This document shows, piece by piece, positions 18,292 to 28,116 of a stretch of DNA of 64,000 nt. Made by a program: the position numbers and the translations under genes. The stretch lies in assembly GCA_964539655.1 (NCBI GenBank), contig CAZIJH010000003.1, positions 12,113 to 76,112 on the forward strand, given 5' to 3'. The stretch is from an uncultured archaeon. Lineage in GTDB: Archaea; Aenigmatarchaeota; Aenigmatarchaeia; CG10238-14; SCSR01. Below the pieces are notes generated by a model. The model was not told the origin of the DNA. It searched no databases and saw only the letters and a list, made by a program, of their open reading frames with translations. Position 1 is the first letter of the stretch. Each line of letters starts with the position of its first letter.

Positions 18292-19152
18292 TTATTTGGA
18301 TCCTGCAAGGATTATCGCGCCGAGAATAAGGATTATCGCGCCGAGAACAGTTTTCCATATCTTGCTCTTGTCCTGGACTTCTTTGAAATAAAACACTCCC
18401 CACGAGACTGCGAATAAAATTGCCAACTGAGTTAGCGGAAATCCGATCGCCAATCCTATCGAGCTTATCGCGAACAGGCTGCTGATGTTTCCGATGTTCC
18501 AAATAATTCCAGACGACATTCCGTTGACAAAATACCTGTTCTCGGATTTTTTCTTGCTGTTCAAAATCGAGATGATGTAAATCGCGAGGCCTGCGAAAAA
18601 TATCCCCAGAGACATTGAAAATATGAAATTGCTCGGTTGCAAATTCGAAAGCCTGAGAGGCATGACGTAGGAACCGAATACCAGTCCGGCTATGGCTGCA
18701 AGCATGATTCCCTTCATTTTGTTTTTTGTCTCGCCAGTTTTGGACGACACGATAAGCGGCATCCCAAGGACCAGCAGTCCTATTCCGATTATTGCGGACA
18801 GGAAATTTTGTATAGCATCCTGAAACAGCAATGTCCCCCACAGGAAGGAGACTATGACGACACCGGCCATCCATATCGGTGCCGCCCTCGACAGTCCTGC
18901 GAACTCGACCGCCCTCGGCGAAATGGAATTTCCTACCGCCCACATTATTCCAGAAATCAGCCCGAAAATTGTGAAATTGAACGAGAAGCCGAGCAGGGGT
19001 ATTGCGATCAATGTCGACAGCAAAATACCGGACGCCATCAGAAGCTGATATCTGTTGACGTCTACTTTTCCGGCCTTTTTGAAAGGTACTAGATAGGAAC
19101 CAAAACATGCGGCAGCCGTAACTGCGAACATCAGTCCCAAAAGTTCGACCAT
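18292..19152 (-). CDS. DMT-superfamily (GRP/GlcU-like) sugar transporter
   Basis: About 10 TM helices, duplicated FGSYxVP motif, GLAIGFPLTQ, FKE. Confidence 0.85.
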   Translation of the reverse strand: MVELLGLMFAVTAAACFGSYLVPFKKAGKVDVNRYQLLMASGILLSTLIAIPLLGFSFNFTIFGLISGIMWAVGNSISPRAVEFAGLSRAAPIWMAGVVIVSFLWGTLLFQDAIQNFLSAIIGIGLLVLGMPLIVSSKTGETKNKMKGIMLAAIAGLVFGSYVMPLRLSNLQPSNFIFSMSLGIFFAGLAIYIISILNSKKKSENRYFVNGMSSGIIWNIGNISSLFAISSIGLAIGFPLTQLAILFAVSWGVFYFKEVQDKSKIWKTVLGAIILILGAIILAGSK

Positions 19153-19188
19153 TAACTAAAATTTAAATTAGACCGGATATAATGCTTT

Positions 19189-19392
19189 CTATCTCGTCGC
19201 CATCATGATGTCTTCTCTCTTCACGGTCACTCTTTTTGCATGATGAGCTGCCGCCACGGCGTCAATTGAAATTTTGTCCGCGAATTCCATCAAAATATTT
19301 TTCATTTCTTTCAAGGCTGAAGTAGAGACTCTTTCGCATCCGGCCTTCCTTGCGATCTTTTCAAGCGGAGCGAGCGGGAAATCTTTCACCAT
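19189..19392 (-). CDS. Archaeal histone
   Basis: PLAPLEKIARKAGCERVS...HAKRVTVKREDI histone fold. Confidence 0.95.
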   Translation of the reverse strand: MVKDFPLAPLEKIARKAGCERVSTSALKEMKNILMEFADKISIDAVAAAHHAKRVTVKREDIMMATR

Positions 19393-19571
19393 TTTTCTCT
19401 GAAAATAATTGCAATTCTGCCGATAAATAATTTTTCCGAAATATTTTGACCTTAATCAAGCTCCAAAACCCAGAAAAGCGGTTCTGTCAAGGAATCTTAT
19501 TGATTTAGGCTTAAAATGAGATTTGTCGCATTTTATTGATATTTTTAAATGTCAAATTTCATTAGTTTATT

Positions 19572-19751
19572 ATGGCTTTTAGTAAACCAGAAGTTCAAAT
19601 GAAATGTGAGAAGTGTGGTTTCACTTGGGTATCACAAGAACAATTTCCAATTAGTTTAAAGCAACTATATGAACAGAATAAAGTCTGTCATAAATGTAAG
19701 AAGGAAAATATAACAATTCTTTTCAAACCTATAGACACATTTAATTTTTAG
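19572..19751 (+). CDS. Zinc-ribbon microprotein (59 aa, IS passenger, not in the ORF track)
   Basis: CEKC...CHKC. Confidence 0.7.
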   Translation: MAFSKPEVQMKCEKCGFTWVSQEQFPISLKQLYEQNKVCHKCKKENITILFKPIDTFNF

Positions 19752-20925
19752 AATTTTCTTTCAAACTATTCCTCAATAAACTTAACCATCTGTTTCTCTC
19801 CAAGTTTAGATTAATTCCACCCGCTTGTGCAGGCGTCATTCCGAGAGAAGAATGCGGTCTGACGAAGTTATAGTAGACTCTGAATCCGTCGGCGAAATTC
19901 TGCTCTCCGCCTTTGAATCCCCTCATTGTCTTGTCGCGTTCCCTGAACGTCCCGTGAAATCTTTCGACGTCGTTGTTGTTAGCCCTCTTGTTTCTGATGC
20001 TTTCGAGCCTTACATGAGACACGACTGGTTTTCTCCACGATTTGTATTCCTTTACTATGGCGTCCCTGTAAGCCTGCAATCCGTCTGTTATGACGAATTC
20101 GGGCTTGGTTTTTGCAACATCTCTCGCCTTAGCGAATATCTGCCTTGCTTCTGGTATAGTCCTCTCGTCAGTAACATTGTTGGCTATCAGGAATCTCGTC
20201 TCCTCGTCCAAGCAGTTCCACACCCATTTCTGACTTCCTTTCGACTTTATCGCCTGCTCGTCCACATGCCAAGCGTCGCTTACCTTCGGCGTGAACTGTT
20301 TGGTGTATTCGTTCATCGAGTCCGTAAATTTCATAAGCCACCTTCTGACCGTCTCGTGATGTATCTTCATGCCGAAAAACTGGTTCAGCGTGTCCGTAAT
20401 CTTCCTCAACGACAGACCTTTGAAATACAAATCGAAGGCAAGCGTGATTATCTTCGGATTCCTTATGTAATTGAATTCGCTGTCCGCATAGAAAGTTCTG
20501 TTGCAATCCCTGCACCAGAATCTCTGCTTCTTCTCGCTCTTGTTTTTCACTTTGCCGTTTCTAATGATGTTCTCCGAACTGCAGAAATGGCATTTATGAA
20601 TTTCCTGTATGTCATCTGCGAATTCCAGATCAGAATCGTCCAATTTGTTCCGCAATTTCAAGAGAAATTCCACTGAATAAATATGCTTACACTTCTGCTT
20701 TCGATACAGGAAGTCTGGACATTCGCATGTCCATTCATTTCGCAGGACTACCTTATATTTTTTGTTGCTCGACTGCGACGGGACTAAGAAAGTCTCTTGG
20801 TTGATTGGTTGGGGACTGTCGCCTCTCGCAAGAATCGAATACCCTCTGACTTCCCTGTCAGTAAGCTTTTTATCCTGAAAATCCACTTTATTAGTAAGTG
20901 GATTGTTGTGGTTGTCTAAGACCAT
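19741..20925 (-). CDS. IS6-family DDE transposase with SWIM and zinc-ribbon domains
   Basis: CECPDF...CKH, CHFC/CRDC, WHVDE, ITDG, NNDVERFH. Confidence 0.95.
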   Translation of the reverse strand: MVLDNHNNPLTNKVDFQDKKLTDREVRGYSILARGDSPQPINQETFLVPSQSSNKKYKVVLRNEWTCECPDFLYRKQKCKHIYSVEFLLKLRNKLDDSDLEFADDIQEIHKCHFCSSENIIRNGKVKNKSEKKQRFWCRDCNRTFYADSEFNYIRNPKIITLAFDLYFKGLSLRKITDTLNQFFGMKIHHETVRRWLMKFTDSMNEYTKQFTPKVSDAWHVDEQAIKSKGSQKWVWNCLDEETRFLIANNVTDERTIPEARQIFAKARDVAKTKPEFVITDGLQAYRDAIVKEYKSWRKPVVSHVRLESIRNKRANNNDVERFHGTFRERDKTMRGFKGGEQNFADGFRVYYNFVRPHSSLGMTPAQAGGINLNLERNRWLSLLRNSLKENSKN

Positions 20926-20951
20926 AGCAATCTACCCCATGTTATTTATTT

Positions 20952-21104
20952 CTAAGCTTCTATCGTGACCTCCACGATTTGATTCTTCCTAAGCCCCATT
21001 TTTTTCCTTACAAGAGGGGGAACCGTCACAACAAAAGAATTGCCTGTCTTCCATACTTTTGCCGTAAAGCTTTTTTGGTTGGTTTTGATTTCACCATTTG
21101 ACAT
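20952..21104 (-). CDS. AbrB/MazE/SpoVT-like DNA-binding microprotein (50 aa, not in the ORF track)
   Basis: FTAKVWKTGNSFVVTVPPLVRKKMGLRKNQIVEVTIE. Confidence 0.85.
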   Translation of the reverse strand: MSNGEIKTNQKSFTAKVWKTGNSFVVTVPPLVRKKMGLRKNQIVEVTIEA

Positions 21105-21376
21105 AATAATACATTGTATTTACAAGTATAAATACTACATAATAATACAAAATTATTTTTTTGTAAGTATTTTGAAAACAATCTTTAAAAATTATAGGAA
21201 AATCATTTTTATAACAAATCATAGAAAAGATTTATAATGATGCAAAACCTAATGTTATTTAGATTGCGGATGAATAGAGGAATCAACCTCAATAAAAAAT
21301 CGTTTTCGTCCAACCAGACGATTTTAAATAGTATGGGGATAATCAATCTATACGCATCGTTTGGAGATGGAAAAAT

Positions 21377-21622
21377 ATGATAGAAACTAAAAAGTATGAC
21401 GACGTCAAATTTGCTTTAGCAGAGAATTTAAAAGGAGAGGCAAAAGAAGCTGCAAAAGCAAAGGGAATAGAAAGTGGATTAGTAGCTGTAGGTGTAAAAT
21501 ACGGCTCCGCTGGACAATGGACTGTCGAAAAGGTCGATGTGAGTCCGACTGACTTCATACAGAAAAAAGCGGAAGAAGAAGGAATCAATCTCAAAGATGC
21601 ATTTAGCATTAATGACGAGTAA
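21377..21622 (+). CDS. Small hypothetical protein (IS passenger)
   Basis: GGAG site upstream; similar by eye to 55768-55977. Confidence 0.7.
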   Translation: MIETKKYDDVKFALAENLKGEAKEAAKAKGIESGLVAVGVKYGSAGQWTVEKVDVSPTDFIQKKAEEEGINLKDAFSINDE

Positions 21623-21632
21623 ACAATTACCA

Positions 21633-22259
21633 TTAACCTGACAGAACTTCTTCAATTTTTTGATTCAATATTTTCTCGATATCTTTGCATAACGGATCTC
21701 TGAATCTCAAAATTTTTAAAACTTCGTCAATATGCTTACATTCGAAACCAACATGTTCTTTCTCCAGACATGCACATGCATTATCGATTAGTTTTTGTGT
21801 ATCAACGTCCCCTGCTGGAACAAGAATAACATAGTATCTGTTGTCCGATGCGACGTTGTCTGCTACCTTTATAGCCGATTCGCGAAGCTTGCTCGCGGTG
21901 ACGTCGCTGAATTCGATATGTTTGAACATAAGTTTTGTCGAGAATGAGTTATGTTTTTCCTCTGGAATTCTTCTCAAAACTTCGCCTTTGCATTTTTCGG
22001 CGGCATGTGTTATCTTTGTATCTTGGATTGCAAATCTTGTGGAGACATAATCATTTATATATTTTGCTTTTTTCCAATGTTCAGTTGAGATGAGACCAAC
22101 ATTTCTGACAATTTCATCAAGTTTCGGTATCGCCAAATTCATCAATGTATGGTCGAATACAAGTCGGACAATTTTTGGCTGTCCATTGATAGTCAAATAA
22201 ATTTCTTCAGTGATAAACGTCTCCGAAGAACCGTTTTCGTTATTCGTTTCAGTGCTCAT
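21633..22259 (-). CDS. Divergent PIN-like domain protein (IS passenger)
   Basis: LVFDHT...ESAIKVA...VILV pattern; tentative. Confidence 0.5.
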   Translation of the reverse strand: MSTETNNENGSSETFITEEIYLTINGQPKIVRLVFDHTLMNLAIPKLDEIVRNVGLISTEHWKKAKYINDYVSTRFAIQDTKITHAAEKCKGEVLRRIPEEKHNSFSTKLMFKHIEFSDVTASKLRESAIKVADNVASDNRYYVILVPAGDVDTQKLIDNACACLEKEHVGFECKHIDEVLKILRFRDPLCKDIEKILNQKIEEVLSG

Positions 22260-22577
22260 TTCTTCTCACCCTGTTCATCATTTGAAGGTCAGCTTCTTCT
22301 TTCGCGTCGCGTGTCAGAAAAAGTGTCCCATGTTGCCCTTTCGGACAGATTTTATTAGTATGCCAATATATTTAATCATTGCATTCTGGCAAACTACGAG
22401 TAATATCCAGTTAATCAGACATATTACGCGAGTATTACCTTAGCCATCAATAAATTACGACATCTTTTCCGTCAATAAAATCCGCGACAGAACCAGAAAA
22501 GCAAAGGTTTAAATGCTTAACGGTTAATAGATTTTAAAGTCTTACGGAAATTAACGTTCACGAAATAGTGATAAAAA

Positions 22578-23519
22578 ATGGCTGCAAAGAAACCAGTTGC
22601 AAAGAGGGGAAACGTCTGCCCGGAATGCGGAAGCACGCAGTTCGTGGAAGATGCGATGCGCGGTGAGTTGGTTTGCGCCAAGTGCGGTCTTGTCCAGAAG
22701 GAAAATATTATTGATACGGGCCAGGAATGGAGGGCGTTCGACAGCGAACAGATGTCCAGGAGGGCCAGAAGCGGTGCTCCTCTCACTTTCACAAAACATG
22801 ACAAGGGACTTACTACGGAAATCGGAAAGGGTCTCGGCGAGCTTTACAAAGTTCCAGCAAGGAAGAGAGCGCAATATTACAGACTGACAAAGTGGCACAA
22901 GAGACTTATCAAATCTAAGGACAGGAATCTTTCTTTTGCATTGAGCGAACTTCAGAGAATCGTCTCGTTCCTCAACCTGCCAAGACCTATTCACGAGAGG
23001 ATTGCTCGTTATTACGAAGAGGCCGTCAACAAGGGTCTTGTTCGTGGAAGATCGATTGAATCCGTCGTCGCTGCGCTTACTTACGCAGTCTCGCGCGAAT
23101 TCGATTCTCCGAGAACTCTTGACGAGATTTCGGAGGCAAGCGGAGTCGAGAAGAGGGAGATCGGAAGGACTTACAGGTACATTGCAAGGGAATTGCAGGT
23201 AAGAATTTTGCCCGCGGATCCTGTCACATTTGTTCCGAGGTTCACATCGATGCTCGGTTTGTCCGACAAGGTCCAGGCGAAGTCAATCGAGATTTTGAAG
23301 AAGGCGAAGAAGCACGACATAACTTCCGGAAAGGGCCCGACAGGCGTCGCTGCAGCCGCGATCTACGTCGCTACTGTCTTGATCGGCGAGAAGAGGACGC
23401 AGAGGGAAGTCGCTGACATAGTCGGCGTCACAGAAGTCACGATCAGGAACAGGTACAAGGAACTCGTCGAGAAACTTGGAATCGAGGAAGAAGTAGAGAA
23501 GAGAGCCAAAGAGGAATAA
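22578..23519 (+). CDS. tfb: Transcription initiation factor IIB
   Basis: CPECG zinc ribbon, EWRAF, GRS, GK.P, VTIRNRYKEL. Confidence 0.98.
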   Translation: MAAKKPVAKRGNVCPECGSTQFVEDAMRGELVCAKCGLVQKENIIDTGQEWRAFDSEQMSRRARSGAPLTFTKHDKGLTTEIGKGLGELYKVPARKRAQYYRLTKWHKRLIKSKDRNLSFALSELQRIVSFLNLPRPIHERIARYYEEAVNKGLVRGRSIESVVAALTYAVSREFDSPRTLDEISEASGVEKREIGRTYRYIARELQVRILPADPVTFVPRFTSMLGLSDKVQAKSIEILKKAKKHDITSGKGPTGVAAAAIYVATVLIGEKRTQREVADIVGVTEVTIRNRYKELVEKLGIEEEVEKRAKEE

Positions 23520-23535
23520 TTTCTTTGGTGATTTT

Positions 23536-23829
23536 GTGTCCGCAGAATTTCAAAAATATCTTCATGATCAAATCGATGATCAATCCGAATCTTTAAGAGA
23601 CGCAGTACTTTATTTGTATTTTAATTTTGACAAAGAAGGAAAAACTTGCGATACAAATAGTTTGAAGTTTACTTCTATCGCTCACCTAGAGCATCAATGT
23701 ATTGAAATGGGTCTCTTTACTTACGACAATCCGACACAAATTTATCTTACACCAATTGCAAGAAAATTTGCGGAAAAAATGGAAAAAGAATTGATGCCTG
23801 CTGAAATTGCATCAATCAAAGATGGCTAA
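23536..23829 (+). CDS. Hypothetical protein
   Basis: GGTGA ribosome-binding site and GTG start. Confidence 0.6.
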   Translation: MSAEFQKYLHDQIDDQSESLRDAVLYLYFNFDKEGKTCDTNSLKFTSIAHLEHQCIEMGLFTYDNPTQIYLTPIARKFAEKMEKELMPAEIASIKDG

Positions 23830-23866
23830 ATCCAAAAATTTATTCTTCCTCCACTAACTAATCATC

Positions 23867-24388
23867 ATGTTTAAGGAAGTTCATCTCGGAGACAAAGGCG
23901 AAACTTCTGTAATCGGAAAGAAAATCGAGAAATGTTCTTGCAACACATCCGCGATAGGATCGATAGATGAATTGAATTCATTCATTGGTTTGGCTAAATC
24001 AAAAATTTCTGATGACAATCTGAAAAATATTTTGGAAAAAATCCAGAATGATTTGTTTGTTATCGGTTCTGAATTGTCAGGAGCCAATGTAGTTTCTATA
24101 TCAAAAATAAATGTTGACTGGATAGAGAATAAAACCAATGAATTGGATAACACACTTCCGAGATTGGATAAATTTATTTTGCCTGGCGAATCGGAATCTT
24201 CAGCCAATTTGCATGTGGCAAGGTCTGTCTGCAGAAGGGCGGAAAGAGAAATCGTGTCATTATCCAAAGAAGAAAAAATTAATTCAGAAGTTTTAAGGTA
24301 CGTAAATCGTTTGTCTGATTTAATTTTTGTCTTGGCAAGAATTGTCGAGAAACATGAAAATGTAAAGGAAAAGATCTGGAAACATTAG
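23867..24388 (+). CDS. pduO: PduO-type ATP:cob(I)alamin adenosyltransferase
   Basis: GDKGET, GSIDELNS, ARSVCRRAER, NRLSD. Confidence 0.93.
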   Translation: MFKEVHLGDKGETSVIGKKIEKCSCNTSAIGSIDELNSFIGLAKSKISDDNLKNILEKIQNDLFVIGSELSGANVVSISKINVDWIENKTNELDNTLPRLDKFILPGESESSANLHVARSVCRRAEREIVSLSKEEKINSEVLRYVNRLSDLIFVLARIVEKHENVKEKIWKH

Positions 24389-25194
24389 CTTCTCATCAAT
24401 CTTTTGAAATACTCTCTCGATTTCACCGCATTTATTTTTTCATTTCCGCCGTGGAACGTTTCGAATGTTACCGTCCCTGAATAATTCATCTGCTTCAAGA
24501 AATTCGCGATGTATTTGAAATTTACCAGTCCTTTTCTCAATGGAAAATGCTCGTCATTTAATCCATGGTTGTCATGCAAATGTACGTGAGTAATTCTCGA
24601 CTTGAAAGTCGACAAGAATTTTTTGATGTAAGACATCCTGCCGTTGATGAAACAGTGTCCTGAATCAAAATTTAATCCAATTCCTTTCACGGAATCCAAA
24701 ATTTTTTTGATATCCGAAAATTCGTGTATCTGATTTTTTCCAGGCATTATTTCCAAAACAATCTCGACGTTTCTTTTTTTCCCGTAATTTACAAGCCGTT
24801 TCAAAATCTGAATATTGTTCTTGATAACTTCTTTCTTTATTTTTTGTTTTCTCAGATCCTGCTGCGAATAAAGATGAACGTTGAATTTCTTGATTCCAAT
24901 CAATTTTGTAGAATCGATTATGTCTTTGCATATGTCAAACCATCCTTCGCGTATTTCCTCGTATGTATTTCCAAGTTCGGAATTCCATGGAGCGTGAACT
25001 GTGGCGAACATGTTTCCCTTTTTGAGGATTTTTTTGATCCTGTTTTTTTGTACAGTTATTTCATTGCTGAACAAAACTTCGGGCTCTATGGAAATTTCCA
25101 CAAAATCAAATTTGTGCTTAGCTACTTCAGAAATTTCCTTGAGGACATCTTTCATCGGATTTGTTGTCGTGCCAAACTTCATCATAAAAAGCAA
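24385..25194 (-). CDS. Xylose isomerase-like TIM-barrel protein (AP endonuclease 2 family)
   Basis: VHAP, FDSGH, HVHLHDN...DEH, TFE. Confidence 0.88.
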   Translation of the reverse strand: MLFMMKFGTTTNPMKDVLKEISEVAKHKFDFVEISIEPEVLFSNEITVQKNRIKKILKKGNMFATVHAPWNSELGNTYEEIREGWFDICKDIIDSTKLIGIKKFNVHLYSQQDLRKQKIKKEVIKNNIQILKRLVNYGKKRNVEIVLEIMPGKNQIHEFSDIKKILDSVKGIGLNFDSGHCFINGRMSYIKKFLSTFKSRITHVHLHDNHGLNDEHFPLRKGLVNFKYIANFLKQMNYSGTVTFETFHGGNEKINAVKSREYFKRLMRS

Positions 25195-25203
25195 TTTTGT
25201 AAA

Positions 25204-26433
25204 TTATTTTTCTTCGGTAATTTCGTCTTTCTTCAATGTCTTTGACAAGTCGTGAATCAATTTTCTAACATGCTCTCTCATATCGTTGATTTCCTTCTCC
25301 GGAATTTTGTCGATTTTCTTTTCGTCGGCCAATTTTTTCATTTCATCAATCTTCTTCCAGATGTCGAAATAATAACCGTCTACCCTCCTCGTCTCGATGA
25401 AATCCTTCTTGAACGCTTCTGAAAGGGGCATCTTCAATTTTGAAATGACTTCCTCCATCGTGGCCTCTTCTGGAATCTTGTGTACTATTTTCAACGCATG
25501 TGTCGCTGCTTTCTGCAAGACTTCTTGCGTTCTCTCCAAAACTTTTTCCTTCTTCCTCAATTCAAGCGCATTCAGGAGACTGAACATTTTTTCTACGAAC
25601 TTATCGGCCTTGTCAAGCCATTCGTCTACAAAAGTGCCCGAAACATCCATCAGTTCCTTGTGTTCAATCTTCTTCCTAATCTCGATTATTTCTTTCAGCC
25701 ACTCGGCATACTCCTTGTCGATTATTCCGGGCTCGACGAGATATTTCATCATTTCTTCGTATGCCTTGTTCGGGACGGGCGGCTCGAGCCCCATGAACAT
25801 CAAAACCGCCTGCGAGCTGTTCAGCATCGCATAGTACGCGTCCTCCGCAAGCATCAAGAGTTTGACAGTCTTTGCGCGCATTATTTTCTTCGGAGCGCCT
25901 TCCATATAATTTTCGATAGCCTCTCTTGTCGCGGGAATCTTTCCCATCTCCAAAAGTTTTTTTATCGGCATGAAGAATCCTGTGTCGTACACTGCGACTC
26001 CTTCCTTGATGAAATTGTAAATTATCGGATGTGCAACGCGCGCATAGTCCCAAAAATCTGTTAGAGTGTAAGACGGCTGCACCGAAATAAGATTTATTTT
26101 TTCCTCTTTTCCGTCGGGAGTCTTGATCGTTATCTTTGCGTCCGAAATGCTGTCCGCAATTTTTTCCAAGTCTCCGTCAATCTTGTCCAACATTTCTGGA
26201 GTGAGCTGCTGCGTCGTGTCGTCGATTACAACAAAAATATCTATGTCGCTCGTCGGCTTGAATTCTGCGCGCGCAACGGACCCCATCATCACAATTGCTT
26301 TTACAAATTTTCCGTATTTCTTCAAAACTTTTTTGGAAAAAGCGTTGACTATGTTCAATCTTTTTTCTTTCGTGTCAGTCGTCGACTTCACTGATTTTGC
26401 TTTTGTTGTTTTTTTCTTTGCCATTTCGTTCAA
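25204..26433 (-). CDS. Minimal nucleotidyltransferase-HEPN fusion (Rx4H intact)
   Basis: GSVAR...SDIDI, YYAM, RKKIEH. Confidence 0.85.
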   Translation of the reverse strand: MNEMAKKKTTKAKSVKSTTDTKEKRLNIVNAFSKKVLKKYGKFVKAIVMMGSVARAEFKPTSDIDIFVVIDDTTQQLTPEMLDKIDGDLEKIADSISDAKITIKTPDGKEEKINLISVQPSYTLTDFWDYARVAHPIIYNFIKEGVAVYDTGFFMPIKKLLEMGKIPATREAIENYMEGAPKKIMRAKTVKLLMLAEDAYYAMLNSSQAVLMFMGLEPPVPNKAYEEMMKYLVEPGIIDKEYAEWLKEIIEIRKKIEHKELMDVSGTFVDEWLDKADKFVEKMFSLLNALELRKKEKVLERTQEVLQKAATHALKIVHKIPEEATMEEVISKLKMPLSEAFKKDFIETRRVDGYYFDIWKKIDEMKKLADEKKIDKIPEKEINDMREHVRKLIHDLSKTLKKDEITEEK

Positions 26434-27287
26434 TCTTCTTCCGGAAGTTCTTCCCCGAGAATTTCTTTTGGAATGAGCTTCTTGAATCTTTCAATCAGTC
26501 CTTTCGCAAGATGCAAAGCCTGGTCAAGATGCTCTGTCGTCACTTCCTTTATTTCTTTGTGGTCTATTGCCTTCCACAATTTGTCGAGGTCCTGGAAATT
26601 TTTGAGATATTTTCTCTCGAGTTTTTTCGACTTCACGAATTTTTCCAAATATTCTATCGCGCCTTTGTAGTCCGGCTGTGCCTTGAAATGGTACATGACT
26701 GCCGCCTGTATTATATCCATCGCGGTATACCTCAATTCGAAAATCATTGATTTGATGTCCATTTTTATTTTCCTGTATCTTGCTTCCGATGCTCTTGCCT
26801 TCAGCGAAATTGTTTCCTCGCTCGGCGGAATCATGCCCATGCTCAGCATTCTCTGCACGGGCTTCACAAAACCTGTATCGTATATCGGCAGTCCGTATCT
26901 CAGAAAATTGACAAGCTCGGGGGAACCCATCTTGACCCACTGCCAGAATTCCGTTATGTTCGTGGTCTGCACGTGAAGGTCTTTCAGTTCGTGCGCGATG
27001 AGATGAAGATGAGATTGAACCTTCTCGAGGTCGTCCGACGATTTAGTCGCAGTGTCGTCCAAAATTACCCACATGTCAGCGTCGCTTCCTTTCTTTATGT
27101 CTCCGCGCACTATTGATCCGAAAACAAGAACCGATTTTATTATGTCCCCGTACTGCCTGCGCGATTCGTTGGTGAACCTGACAGCCTTTGCCATCAGCTC
27201 ATCCTTGTGAGAAAGTTCTTCCTTTTTCTTCTGCTTCTTAGCAAGTTCCACGTCTGCCAGCTCTTCTTCGAGTTTTTCCAATGGCAT
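26430..27287 (-). CDS. Minimal nucleotidyltransferase-HEPN fusion paralog (Rx4H degenerate)
   Basis: FGSIVRG...SDAD, WKAIDH. Confidence 0.85.
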   Translation of the reverse strand: MPLEKLEEELADVELAKKQKKKEELSHKDELMAKAVRFTNESRRQYGDIIKSVLVFGSIVRGDIKKGSDADMWVILDDTATKSSDDLEKVQSHLHLIAHELKDLHVQTTNITEFWQWVKMGSPELVNFLRYGLPIYDTGFVKPVQRMLSMGMIPPSEETISLKARASEARYRKIKMDIKSMIFELRYTAMDIIQAAVMYHFKAQPDYKGAIEYLEKFVKSKKLERKYLKNFQDLDKLWKAIDHKEIKEVTTEHLDQALHLAKGLIERFKKLIPKEILGEELPEED

Positions 27288-27376
27288 AAATATCGTTGGG
27301 ATTTATCTTTATTTAAGTCTTGGCAATCTATTTTGATTTTAAGCCCGCAAAGGCTTTATGAAGTTTAACGTTTATT

Positions 27377-28102
27377 GTGATTAGCATGAAAGCAGTAATA
27401 CTGGCAGGTGGCCTCGGCACTAGGCTGCGCCCGGTGATCGGGAACGGCAATTCCAAGGTGATGATAGAGTACGCCAATAAGCCTCTTCTTCAGAGAACGA
27501 TCGAACTTCTGCGCGACAAGGGTTTCAGCGAAATAGTTCTGGTCGTCAGCCACATGAAGCATAAGATAATGGATTATTTCGGGAACGGTGAAAAGTTCGG
27601 AGTGAAAATTGATTACGCGTTCCAGGCAAATCCGAAGGGCGGGACTGCAGATGCTGTTAGATATGCGAAGAATAAAATAAACGAGGACAAATTTTTGCTT
27701 TTGTACGGAGACAATATTTTCGACCCGTCTAGTATCGAAAAGCTGATGGTCAACAGGTTCGGTTTCGACGGCGTTCTTTGCACCAAGGAAGTTTCGAATC
27801 CCTCTAAATTCGGAATACTCGAAATCAACGGCACGCTTGTCAAAAAAATCCATGAGAAGCCGGAAGTTCCTCCGACAAATTTCGCGATGACCGGGCTGTT
27901 TATTTTGCCGAAAGATATTTTTTCAGCAATCGATCGGACAAAGGTTTCTTCGCGCGGAGAATACGAGCTGACAGATTCGATACAGATTTTGATTGACAGT
28001 GGTAAAAAGATTGGCTACTGCAAACTTTCAGGATATTGGTTAGACCCGCGTGACAAGAACGAGATAGACGAAGCAAACAAGCTGATCAACCAGACCAACT
28101 GA
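27377..28102 (+). CDS. Sugar-phosphate nucleotidyltransferase
   Basis: LAGGLGTRLRP, GTADA, GD, EKP, RGEYELTD; start probably 27386. Confidence 0.92.
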   Translation: MISMKAVILAGGLGTRLRPVIGNGNSKVMIEYANKPLLQRTIELLRDKGFSEIVLVVSHMKHKIMDYFGNGEKFGVKIDYAFQANPKGGTADAVRYAKNKINEDKFLLLYGDNIFDPSSIEKLMVNRFGFDGVLCTKEVSNPSKFGILEINGTLVKKIHEKPEVPPTNFAMTGLFILPKDIFSAIDRTKVSSRGEYELTDSIQILIDSGKKIGYCKLSGYWLDPRDKNEIDEANKLINQTN

Positions 28103-28116
28103 TTTTTAGAAAATTA

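Larger units (their letters stand above)
19480..22494 (-). mobile_element. IS6-family element with passenger genes (3015 bp)
   Basis: TIRs GGTTCTGTCAAGGA and GGTTCTGTCGCGGA; 8-bp target duplication AGAAAAGC at 19472-19479 and 22495-22502. Confidence 0.92.

Noticed and set aside
18308-18348. Tandem repeat with a 21-bp period in the transporter gene
   Set aside because: In-frame LGAIILI duplication within the last TM helix.
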